A stretch of DNA of 64,000 nt from Ylistrum balloti (taxonomy: Eukaryota): assembly GCF_031769215.1 (NCBI RefSeq), contig NW_026782198.1, positions 930,001 to 994,000 on the forward strand, given 5' to 3'. Position 1 is the stretch's first letter. Every line of letters begins with the position of its first letter. A program made the position numbers and the translations under genes. Shown piece by piece: positions 25,964 through 36,947 of the stretch. The notes under the pieces are model-generated. The model did no database searches, was not told where the DNA came from, and worked only from the letters and a program-made list of their open reading frames with translations.

Positions 25964-28900
25964 ATGAGCATCAGTACAGATTCTGTTGCTGGGTCTGACA
26001 AATCCCTTATTCAGAATGAGAATAACGATCCAAACATATCAGATGGAGGAACAGGAAATGGTGCTAGGAAGAGGACTGGATGCAGGTCAAAAGCTCAAAA
26101 GGATGGAGCGAGTGAGGATATTTACAGGAAACTTTCAGCGATCAATGGAGAGATTAACAAAATGAACAGAAAACAACTTCAAGAGCGTCTCACAGAATTG
26201 AAAATGGATACAAAGTAATTATCTATTGATATCTAGGATTTAAATTTAAGATAAAGAGACATTCGTAATGTTTCTGAAGGATTCTTTGAAAATTATTTTA
26301 ACGCATATGTACAGAATTATGCTTTTTTTTAGGTATATTCAAGCCTGGGTTGTCTGTAAAGTTTGAAGTCTTTTAAATTCTTTTAATATCTCATTGAAAG
26401 TTTTCTCAATTTTTACGAAACAATGTAGAGTAAATGTTTTTCTTATGGTGTTTGAATACCTTTTAAAACCAATATAAATATATATATATATTTAGTGATT
26501 ACATATATATTTCAGCATACTGTTCTATATCTTAATATTCTGTTTCATGCAAGAAACTCATGTGAAACATATACCTTGTTGAATAATGTAGTATTAAGAC
26601 TTTTTAAAACTACAAGTTTTATTTGATTTTCAGGGGTGTAAACGATGTTCTAAAGAAGAGGCTCAAGTTGTACTATAGACATAGAAAACTTATGAAAGCA
26701 AATGTCCGTGTCCCAAGTACAAAACCATTGTATGATTATCTACTCATCATAGACTTCGAGGCTACTTGCGAAGCTGATACACCTGGTTATCCACACGAAA
26801 TTATAGAATTTCCCATTGTCCTCATCAATGTTCATCAAAACACTGTGGTAAGAGTGAAAAAAAGTTATCTTCTCCTTTTTTAGGGAATAATGCAAGGCTT
26901 TTGGCAATGGAAATTATTAAGTCTTATAGTTTGAGAATAAAACACACAAAGTTTTTTTTGTTTACAGGTAAGTTTATGTTGACTTTAAATTTAAGAGGTG
27001 GTTTTGTTTTTTGTTTGAGCAAAACTTATGTCATTTGGGGATCTTAAGGGCTCAATGTCCAAGTCTGATAATCATGCTTTTTCAGTGGGACTTGTCGAAA
27101 TTGTTTGAGAATCCAATAGATCTTTTAGTAATGGTTCTCATCAAAAATTTCGAAATGTTGTGTTGGACTTGTTTGAACAATCCTACTTTACTGGACTTAC
27201 CAGTAATTTAAACAAGTTCATTTTGAGGGTTGGCACTTTTAAGTTAACTCTTTATGACTGAAACATTTTGGTGAATGTGATGGGATTCAATTGCATGATG
27301 TTAAGTGTATATTGGATCTCTCTTATCCAATCTCCACTAATCCTATTATTTAATGATTCTTAAGTAATCACTAACTCAGATGTCCCAGTCCATAAGTAAC
27401 CAGCCACCATCAGTCCAGTTGTCTGAGTCACAAAGTGTCCACTAATCCAGATATTTAATGATTCTTAAGTAATCACTAACTCAGATGTCCCAGTCCATAA
27501 GTAACCAGCCACCATCAGTCCAGTTGTCTGACTCACAAAGTCTCCACTAATCCAGATATTTAATGATTCTTAAGTAACCTTTATTGTTTATTTGTTAGCC
27601 TTCTGCAGTCTCAGAAAATAAAACTGATCATCGGCATACATTAATAAACTAAGAGATACCTCACAAAATTCAATTGCATCGCAGTTTTGATATAAATCAT
27701 TTTCTAGATCGTTAATATACAGAGAAAACAAAATTGGAGATAACAATTCACTTTGATACAATCCGAGATTACCAGAAAAATTGTCAGATAATAATCCATC
27801 TTTTCTGACACAAGTTTTTACATGAGCATACAATGATTGTATAATTTTAGTAACCACTAACCCAGGTGTCCCAGTCCATAAGTAACCAGCCACCATTAAT
27901 CCATGCATCCAGCTCACAAAGTCTGCAATAATCCAGATATTTAATGATTCTTAAGTAACCACTAACCCAGGTGTCCCAATCTAATAACTAGTAACTAGCC
28001 ACCAGTAATCCATGCATCCAGCTCACAAAGCCTGCAATAATCCAGATATTTAATGATACTTAAGAAAACAATTATTCAGTTATCCCATTTAAAAAGTAAC
28101 CAGCCACCTCTAATCCAGATTTCCCATTAACCTACTGCTACTTGTCTAATCCAGACAGAACAGCCACTATTGATCCAGTCATATCACTAACTCTACTACA
28201 GAGTAATACTTATATTTTGTTGTGTCCACCCATTTCTTACCCTGTTATAATTCTTAATGAGTCACCAACTATTTTTCCCATGTCCTCTCTCTATCTGTTC
28301 TTTGAGTAACATTCACATGTACATGATTAAAACGAGGAATAGTAAAATCCACCTGAGGACTATTGTGTGAAAGTTTATAAAATAATACAATGTTCCTAAC
28401 ATTTCACCTGATATTACAGCAATATTAATATGGTCTGACACACACAAACACAACGTGTCATTAGTTGATCTTCACTAGTGTGAAAATGTTATCCGAGGTG
28501 ATTTTTTTTATACACATTGCATGGGGGATAACTCTATGTTGTAGGTGGATGAATTTCATTCCTTCTGTAAACCGGTGCTGAATCCACAGTTGTCAGAGTT
28601 CTGTACAGAACTGACTGGTATTACCCAGGCAAGTAACAGACCTTAACTTAAATTCCACATACCTCGGTATCAACAGTTTATAATTTAGTTATTTTTAAGG
28701 AAGTGACAGTAATAATCCTCTCGAGCTGGTAAGCAGCTGATTGCCTTAAAGCTCCCAATGCAAGTTAAAAAAAAAGGTCATTTTTTTTTTAGATAAATAA
28801 GTTCCTGTTACCCAAATGCTTACTGAAGTGTATAACATCACTATAATTTCAAGTTACAGTATTGATTTATAAAAACTGACACACAATAATTCCTAAAAAG

Positions 28901-30004
28901 TTCCTATTAGCATATACATATTGTTAATAATATGAAGTACTCAGGGATATGAACAGGTAGTTTACTCTTTTCCAAAGGAGACCTTTTTGTTTCTTTTGCA
29001 GGCAGATGTAGATGCTGCTGATGAATTTCCAGCAGTCTTTCAGAAAGTCGAGGAATGGATGAGAGAAAAGCACCTTGGCGAAGGCAATAAATTTGCAGTT
29101 GTCACGGATGGGTAAATATGTGTTTTTTTCATCAAAGGTATACCTGAGATCAGAGCATTATTCATTTGACCCTTGACCTGTGGCAATAACAAAAGTTAAA
29201 CTACCAGTGTGAAAGCATTTGTAAAATAAAAATGTTTCTTGAAACTCAAGAGAAAATGTCATTTTTGGGAAACATACCCTTTAAGATTAATATTCACACA
29301 CCTTATCTGTCAAAAACCTGTGTAATATGGACACCTCAACTATAAAGACATAATCTTTTTTATGTAAATTGGAAAGAAATTTGACCCTTTTCTATCCCTT
29401 GATTGTAACAGTGTTCATGACATTCTTTACAGATTGTTATGAAAATTTGAGTTTATCATATTTCTTGGTTTTTTTCAGGCCTTGGGATATGAGCCGCTTT
29501 CTTTGTCTCCAATGCCAGCACTGTGACCATCCCTTTCCACGTTGGGCCAAAAAGTGGATTAACATTAAGAAAACATATGGATCATTTTATAAGTGTCAAC
29601 GTAAAAAATTGGAGGACATGTTGATATATCTGGGGATGAAATTTGAAGGTAAACAGCACTGTGGCCGTGATGATTCGAGAAATATAGCAAGGATAGCTAT
29701 TAGACTGATAGAAGATGGTTGTCGAGTCAAAGTGAATGAATTCATTTACAGTTATCCAGGTGCCAAATTTCTGAAGTTTTCAAATGTAGGAACAGAATCA
29801 AGTGACAGTGATGAGAAGGAGGATAATGATAGACGTACTGAACGAGCTGATGACAAGAAAATGAAAGAGGTCAAAATCAGCACACATAAGGATGACAAAG
29901 ATGTTACTACAGCAATGAACAAATTGTGTATAGAAGAAAAGACAGAGGAGAAAGAAGAGGATTTGTCTGATCTGTTGGCATATTATAAGCTGCAGAAATC
30001 TTGA
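25964..30004 (+). CDS. ERI1: 3'-5' exoribonuclease 1 (SAP domain + DEDDh exonuclease); 5 coding exons, about 394 aa
   Basis: Exons 25964-26214, 26634-26847, 28545-28628, 29002-29111, 29479-30004 join in frame (1185 nt). SAP-like LQERLTELKMDTKGVNDVLKKRLKLYY; ExoI IIDFEATCE, LTGITQ, ExoII TDGPWDMSRFL, ExoIII HCGRDDSRNIARI. Confidence 0.93.
27331..28110. repeat. 105-bp tandem repeat array in an ERI1 intron, interrupted by an RT fragment
   Basis: Unit starts at 27333, 27438, 27543; the 105-nt period resumes at 27851 and 27956, then degenerates. Confidence 0.9.
27580..27848 (-). mobile_element. Non-LTR retrotransposon reverse transcriptase fragment
   Basis: Translation ...GLYQSELLSPILFSLYINDL...LLMYADD matches the QG-x2-LSP-x-LF and YADD motifs of LINE RTs. 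Confidence 0.85.
28629..29001 (+). other. Non-canonical GC-AG intron of ERI1
   Basis: CAG|GCAAGT is the only junction keeping LTGITQ|ADVDAADEFP in frame. Confidence 0.85.
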
Positions 30005-31109
30005 CCAGATGTATCATCTATGAAAGACATTTTGGATCTTTTGTGTTTTTGATAGTAAATTACAACATTTTGAATTGATAAATAGATGATATAGGACCTT
30101 TCCTGCTGTTAAGAATGAATCAGGATATTTTCAGTTGATTATGAATTAAGAATATTTTGTTTTGTTGATAATGAATTGCAACAGTCTAAATCATATTTTG
30201 TTTATTATTTAATTCATTGATTTGGTAGGAGTTATAAACATTGTATGAAACATGTAATAACTCTCTTGTCATCTCATAGATAAATTACTTATCATGATTG
30301 TTTCCTCTTTGAAAAATCAGCTTGAAATTTGTACATGTTTAAAGGGAAAATATTGGAGTTTTCTCATAATTCTTCATAAATATTAGCTTTGATCAATAGA
30401 ATCTACACTTGTGTCTATTTCATGATGAGTAAAGTATTGCATTATTTAATCCGACTCTTGCTTTAAGGCATTTATCATATTAAGATATTGATCTTGTTGA
30501 TAAACTCAATATAACACTGACATTCATGATAGATCTGTACAAAGTTAATATCTTATATTAATATACTAGTCCTTCTCTGGTAAAATAACTGCAATATCTC
30601 TTGTTTTTTAGTAGAATCATCAACAGCAACTAATTTATTGTCTCCTGATGGATTAAAACCCCAGACTAGGAGTTGAAGTATACAGAAATGTACCTGTATA
30701 AGGTATTTACCTGTATGGTCCCTTACTGTCCCCCCAACCCCTAACAGCCTGGGGTCAGGCTTAATGCAGAAATGTTCCCTACTGACAGCCAACAAGTATT
30801 ACATAAACTTATTACACTGTCTTTTTTGTCTGCTTAAACTAGTAATACAGTTTTGCTTTTTTAGATTTTGTTTGTTTTTAAAATATCATTATATATTTGT
30901 TTTAAATTTTCTACCTTAAGACACCAAATGTGTTTCAGAAGAATGAAAAATTTCTTTTGTTTGAAATTCATATTGAAATCAATATTTATGGTTTTTGTTT
31001 TATTTATTGTTTTTATTCCAAATTGAAGCAACTTGAAAATTTCTCAATACATATGTCTTAGTATGAACAGACATCAACTTAAAGAAAGGTAAACAAATCA
31101 TGTTGTAAG

Positions 31110-31610
31110 TGATAATTATGTCCCCCAAACGAAGTGGGGTGACGTATTGTGTTTGCTCCGTTTCTTCTTATTATTATTTTTTATATTATTCTTATTTATT
31201 TCACTTTCTTCCACCAGGAAGGTTTCTGACACATTTCTCAAAAACTATTGCATGGAATTTAACAGAACTTTACACACATATTCATACATGCGAGGCGGAG
31301 TGCAGGCCGCTTGAATTTTTCCAATCGGTCATCTGAGCAGTCAGCTGTGGTCAAAATTTGGCCAAATTTTAGATATGGTCTGATTTTCATGAAAATTGGT
31401 ATATATGTATAAGGTGGCACTAGGAGCAAAATGGCGTAGTCCATTTTTTATTCGGCCAACGATCGGTCATCTGAGCGGTCAGCTGTGGTCTAAATTTGGC
31501 CAAATTTTAGATATTGTCCGATTTTCGTGAAAATTGGTAAATATGTATTAGGTGGCACTATAGGAGCAAAATGGCGTAGTCCATGTTTGGCACGACTGCA
31601 GGTCTGATTA
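31110..31610 (+). mobile_element. HINE-like element with two 138-bp internal repeats
   Basis: 5' tgtccccc...ggggtgac inverted repeat, tta microsatellite, repeats starting 31326 and 31464. Confidence 0.55.
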
Positions 31611-33320
31611 TTGTTATCATTTATTGCTGAAGGGGCCATTTGGTGGACATTTGTAATGGTCCTCATTACAATTAGTACTTGTTAAATCATGTGATTTGAA
31701 ATAAGCCATTCTCTTAATTAAGAGTATTTGTATAACAACCCCATTTGATTTTTCGCCTTTTTTTATCCATAAAAAGAAAGGCTGTGTAAATTGTGATTGG
31801 AGTGAAAAATTGTTAGTTTTATAAACCTTTTATATAATCTTCAGAGGGCAAAATAAAAGTGATATCAATTGATGTATAATAGTACATATTGAAATTACCT
31901 GGATAGACAATATACAATATTTCATGCTTGGATGGTTTTTTCTTTGATTTCAGTGAAAAAGAACATTCTATCAATCAAAATTTAAGAAGTAAATCTTTAA
32001 TGAATAAATATTAAAGATCTACAGCGTTTCATGTTTTCTCTTTATCATTGGCAGATGTTGCTACAAGACATTTGTCCAGTTACTGTATGTCCAATGTCCA
32101 TCATGTGTAACGATAATATTTTTCAATCTCTTGAGACCTATTGCAATATTTTGATGGAACTTTGTGATAATGATAAGTTTGATATGGGAATAGAGGCTGT
32201 ACTTAAGTACTGAAGATGTTACTAAACCTAAAAAAATCAGTAATTAAAGGACCATTAATACAAGGAGGAAGCTGAGAATCACAGAGAAACAGTATGTTAT
32301 GAAGGACCATCTCGGTTTGGTTTTAGTAGGTCACGGTATAGTACAATATTCAGAAAGCGTCTTTCGTCTAGTTTCAATGATTTTTGAGGATACTAAGCCA
32401 TTAAGGGATTTTTAGTGGTGTAGCTTTAATGCAGTGTTAAGTTTAGCATCGCTATTTCTTCAAAGAAATGTTCACATGTCTTATCACTAAGAGCAAAAAC
32501 AGAGAAAAGAAGGGAAAACTTTCGCAGATCATATGACGACCACAATGGTGGGCGCCAAGACACCTCTGGGATCGCATATTTGGTTATACTCTCAGTTTCT
32601 TACAATGAAACTTTTCTATATAAACTTCCTACCCTTCACATTCAACGTTATTTAACGAGAACAAAGTCATTTTAAAGAAAAATAAAATGATAAAAAGCGT
32701 GATTGTTGATAGCCCCCTTCTTACTCCATATCTTACATTTCTAGATAGATAGCATCTCTATCGCCGTTTCGCGACAGCCTTTTCACTAGTCGGGCTCCTC
32801 ATCCGTGATGTTTGAAGGTGACTGGTTGACTTTTGACGCCATTAGTTGATAACTATTAATATGTTTAGCTGGATCATCGACCAGTACCTGTTCCTGTTCA
32901 GCCATGCGGGTGTTTATCCGAAAACCCTTTAAAGTCTATCAATGTAAAAAAAAAAATACGTAACCGGGTCGTGATAACATAGCAGTGACTGCAATATGTC
33001 ATGAAATGATAGTAATTAAAGTTCACGATCGCTGGCATTATACCAAGGAAGAGAAGGGGAGGGAGCGCGCAGCTGGTAGTAATTCCTCACGCAGTCAGGA
33101 AGACATTTTGTTCTGGTAGCTGGTTCCAATTGATCACAGTGTCCACAAAAGTGAGTGATTATACCAAATAGTCTATGATTAGTAAAGTCGAAGAGTATGT
33201 GCTATTTCATGTATTGTTTTGTTTCTTTTTTTTTCCGGGAGATTACTGTTAAAGTGAATATCGACATCTGAACTTAAATAAAACCATTGCAAAATTTGAA
33301 CAAAAGAACCATTTTTTGCT

Positions 33321-33545
33321 GAGACTCCTGAAAAAGTACAAGGAATACAGGACTAAGTGTTCCGGAAGAGTAAGCTTCTTCTGCTTCATCGAAAACACCC
33401 TCCTTGTAAACATTGGGCAAGCCAAGTAAGAAATATCACGTTCTCAAATGAGAACAAGGTATACGACAACGGAACCAACAGGCAAACTAAAGAGCATCAA
33501 ACACGCCCAGCTTCATATCGCACAAAGAAATAGAATATTTCTCAA
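33321..33545 (+). repeat. Dispersed 225-bp repeat, copy 1
   Basis: Colinear with 49217-49441 (gagactcc...aagtgttcc.gaagag...gagaacaaggtatac.acaacggaac...cagcttcatatc.cacaaagaaatagaat.tttctcaa); adjoins the Penelope-like fragment. Confidence 0.8.
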
Positions 33546-33573
33546 CGACAGAAAAAAAATCACCATATTTTTA

Positions 33574-33760
33574 TCAATTTAAAGACAAGACGTCATTAAT
33601 ATATCTGACAACGAAATCAAACGACTTTGCAAGGTCAACGTGACTTATTTTGATGTGCTGTTCAATGAGTTCAGCCTCGCATGAAAATGAAAAGAAGTGA
33701 GTCAACAGAGGTGCACAGTTTCCATAAGTATGAACACATCCATATATAGGAAATCCGAAT
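33574..33760 (-). mobile_element. Degenerate Penelope-like retroelement RT fragment
   Basis: GNCAPLLTHFFSFSCEAE...LAKSFDFVVRYINDVLSLN resembles the GTNCAPLLADLFLY...RYIDDVLS pattern I recall for molluscan Penelope-like RTs; catalytic YIDD reads YIND. Confidence 0.65.
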
Positions 33761-34800
33761 GATAATGACAATAAATAGAATCAAAATTAAAGAGACAATT
33801 GGTAGACTCATGGGACCGTGATGTAGTCCGAATAAGTTCCTCCGACCCGGACCCTCTGTCGGAGGGACAGAACGTTTATGATAACAATCATGTAAGTAAA
33901 GGACCGGAAGGGATGGCAGTGTACATGTATATACTCGTAGATCATCATGTGGGAATGAACAATGATTGGGTACCAAATGACATACTTAAAATCTCTCATT
34001 TCTTGTTCTTCATGATTCGAATATCAAACCATTAAATTTCCGTTAGAAATGACTACATGTTTATAAACTCTGATCGATATCGCGTAAGATTGAAATACCT
34101 TCTTTTTTCTACAATTTTCACATACCTTTAATGAATATGAAGTAATTTTTAGTAGCTCTGGTGACTATTTCCAGTAGTTTGTTTTTGAAAAGCCAACTTC
34201 CCTGGTTACACCCTTGACTTGACTGAAGATTCTCTCCTTCAAGGAGAAAATTCGTGAGAGCAGTACAACTGCTTATAGCAAGCTGGTGATGTTAAATGGC
34301 TGAACTATTTGCATCAAATCTTTGAACTAGTATGCATATAGTAGGTTAAGCAGGTTGAACTTTATAATATCATTTAGTTGTGTATATCATTTTCTACTTT
34401 TTCTCAAAGAAATATAGACAAAAAAAAAAAAAAAGGATTTTCTGTTCTGTCGAAAACGTTCATTTGTCGTTTTAACTCAGTATTTGACGTCTTGTACGTA
34501 ACGGATTTCATCGGAAGTAGACTTATTCATCATTATACTAATCAGGGCTTATGCCAAGCCATGAACATACCGAAACTGAGGTTTAATATCCAACTTACCA
34601 CATCTTCAGGTTTGAAATTAATATTGCGATGTTGTTGGTGTGTTGTTGTTTGGGCTCTATCTTCTGTTTATAATGGGTGCGAATCCAAGCTAGCACGTCC
34701 TTATTATTTAGTGAGGGTATTCAGTCCGAACTTTGATTCGTATTTCTTCTAAATAAACTAAGCGTAAGCGAACCCATTTCATTTTCGTTCGTCCAATAAT

Positions 34801-35633
34801 ATGACAAACGTGGACGCCAACTGCGATTCCGATAATGTTTTGAGTCAACATTTGGACACGTTCGAGGAGTACATGGAAGAGCGAGAAAACGAGGACAATT
34901 TTATAACACAAAACACTTTATTTAATATTCTGGATACAGAGAAAGAAATGGTATACACACCCAAAGTAACGCAGAAGATTGGTCGGACATGTTGGACAGT
35001 GCTTTTTGGAAATAGGAGCTGGGATGCAGGTACTGTTTCATTACTGTGTATGTTTCTCAATAAGTATACGTGTACAACTCTCTGCCTATGTGTATACACA
35101 CACATGCTCACTTGTGCAGTCAGCTGGAACACATCAAGCCGACAGTGATTGTGTCCGCGGATCGATTTGGTCTGATGGCAGGTATACCTAACTTCTCGAA
35201 CATACATGTACAGATGTAAGTATACATGTTTATTGTTATGACTACACAACTTAAGCGATGAACTGCGGTTTGACAAGTGATCATAATCATAATAATGACA
35301 TATCATTATTTTAACTGAAAGGGAAAGAAACGTCTATTTTGTTGCCAATGCCGCTACCTGTCCCAAATCCCGGAAGTTATATGTACATGAAAGTAGAGTT
35401 TGGTGTTTAGATTGAACTTGAAATACATTTTAAGGAAATGATAGAAAGGAAGTTTATACTGCAAATAATTAAACAGTTTTGTGTTATGGATCCTGACACA
35501 ATGCATCATATCATAAACAAGTTGACACATCTAAAGGTACAATATTTTCCTTCCAGGTGTACAATGGCGGAAGCCATATTCCTATGAAATAACAGCACTG
35601 CTCTCAGGCGTCTCAGTGGGTGGAGGATTTTAG
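34801..35633 (+). CDS. Putative spliced 101-aa upstream ORF (34801-35029 + 35557-35633) in the cGLR 5' region
   Basis: Donor CAG|gtactg at 35029/35030 and acceptor ttccag| at 35556/35557 are phase-compatible; ORF ends at TAG 35631-35633. No recognisable homology, no transcript evidence. Confidence 0.3.
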
Positions 35634-36761
35634 ACTGACGCCCAATGGTAAACTTAGTTGTATCCCTATCCGTATGTCTCACTCAAAATAATTGTCTTTT
35701 ACCTACACCGGAATGAGTGTTACTATTGGTATCAAGTGTGTATCTTCGAACAAAATGAAAAAAAAAAAAAAAACAGTTTTGTCACTTATATGAAATGCTT
35801 TCCAGAATTCCCTTAAGTACAAATGTACTTGATAGTCTTTTTTCTGTTACTTGTTAATACGTTTATATGTAAAGGTAATACATCGGAATGTTATGTTCTC
35901 ATCATTTCCGATTTTATTTTGTTTGATATAAAATCTCGGATAAATGAAATAAAGCGTATCGCACATTCCATAGATATGGGAGGATTGCAGTGAGTGGGGA
36001 AAAAGTCATTTTACCTTACACTAACTACAGTGAGACAAAGAGGTACGTTTGGGTGTGATATCGTGAAAGGATGCGGGGAAGTCTTGAATTCCACGGAGAA
36101 GCTGTGTATGTAGTGCTCTTTTTTTACATTTCCAGGCGGGTTTTAAGCAGATGGTGACATAATAAATCTTGGGGAACGTGTTTTATGATTGTGAATTTCG
36201 AGGGTTTTGCATTCAAGGGGTAAGGAAAGGGTCCCAATAAGAGAAAAAAAAGACCAATTAAAATTGTTTTTTTCACAATATTTCTTAATGTCAATCCTAA
36301 AATTGTAAAATTCAGGGTCATTTCGGCTCCTAGCGTTAATTGTGTGGAGATAATATAGTTGAATTTATCCATATTTACCTGAAGGCATCTTAAGGGAAAT
36401 CTAAAGATGACTCAAAAAGAAGAAAACGCTTTTTGAAAGTCAGAAATACCCAGGGAAGTTTAACTGAACTATGAAAATCATGCCTGCAGTGACCCTACTG
36501 CCACTTTTTGTGTGAGGTTAAGTTTATCATAGGTTATACATTGCAATGCATATTTTGACACGTTCCCCTACATGTAGGTCACACGCATCATTCGTATAAG
36601 CATTCTCAAAGTGGTTAATCTCCATCAAGATAGGGACCCAAAGTAGGCAATCAGCCAAAATAAAGCTAAACAATCTTCTAATGCCAAAGACAACCAGAAG
36701 TATTTTGTCCGTTTTCAGAGAGATTTTATGTCATGAATGAATTCAATTTATCATTTGACCA

Positions 36762-36901
36762 TATATTAACCGTTAACAATCGTACATGATCAGATGATGA
36801 TATTAAACAACATAGGTATGTGCTATCATTAGGTCTTATATTAACCGTTAGCAATCGTACATGATCAGATGATGATATTAAACAACATAGGTATGTGCTA
36901 T
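36762..36901. repeat. Tandem duplication (75-nt period) just upstream of the cGLR acceptor
   Basis: tatattaaccgtta.caatcgtacatgatcagatgatgatattaaacaacataggtatgtgctat at 36762 and 36837. Confidence 0.9.
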
Positions 36902-36947
36902 TTTTAGTGCAACTCCTACGTTTTGTTACAGGTCCAGCTTACCTGAC

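Noticed and set aside
30553-30795. GVGGTVRDHTGK resembling an RNase H-like motif
   Set aside because: Too short; no other motifs; lies in the ERI1 3' region.
33808-33999. GGTYSDYITVP resembling an alcohol dehydrogenase motif
   Set aside because: Isolated 11-residue match with no other ADH exons nearby.
35317-35326. ISRE-like GAAAGGGAAA near the cGLR (also GAAAGTGAAAGT at 56657-56668)
   Set aside because: Expected by chance in AT-rich DNA and the TSS is unknown.
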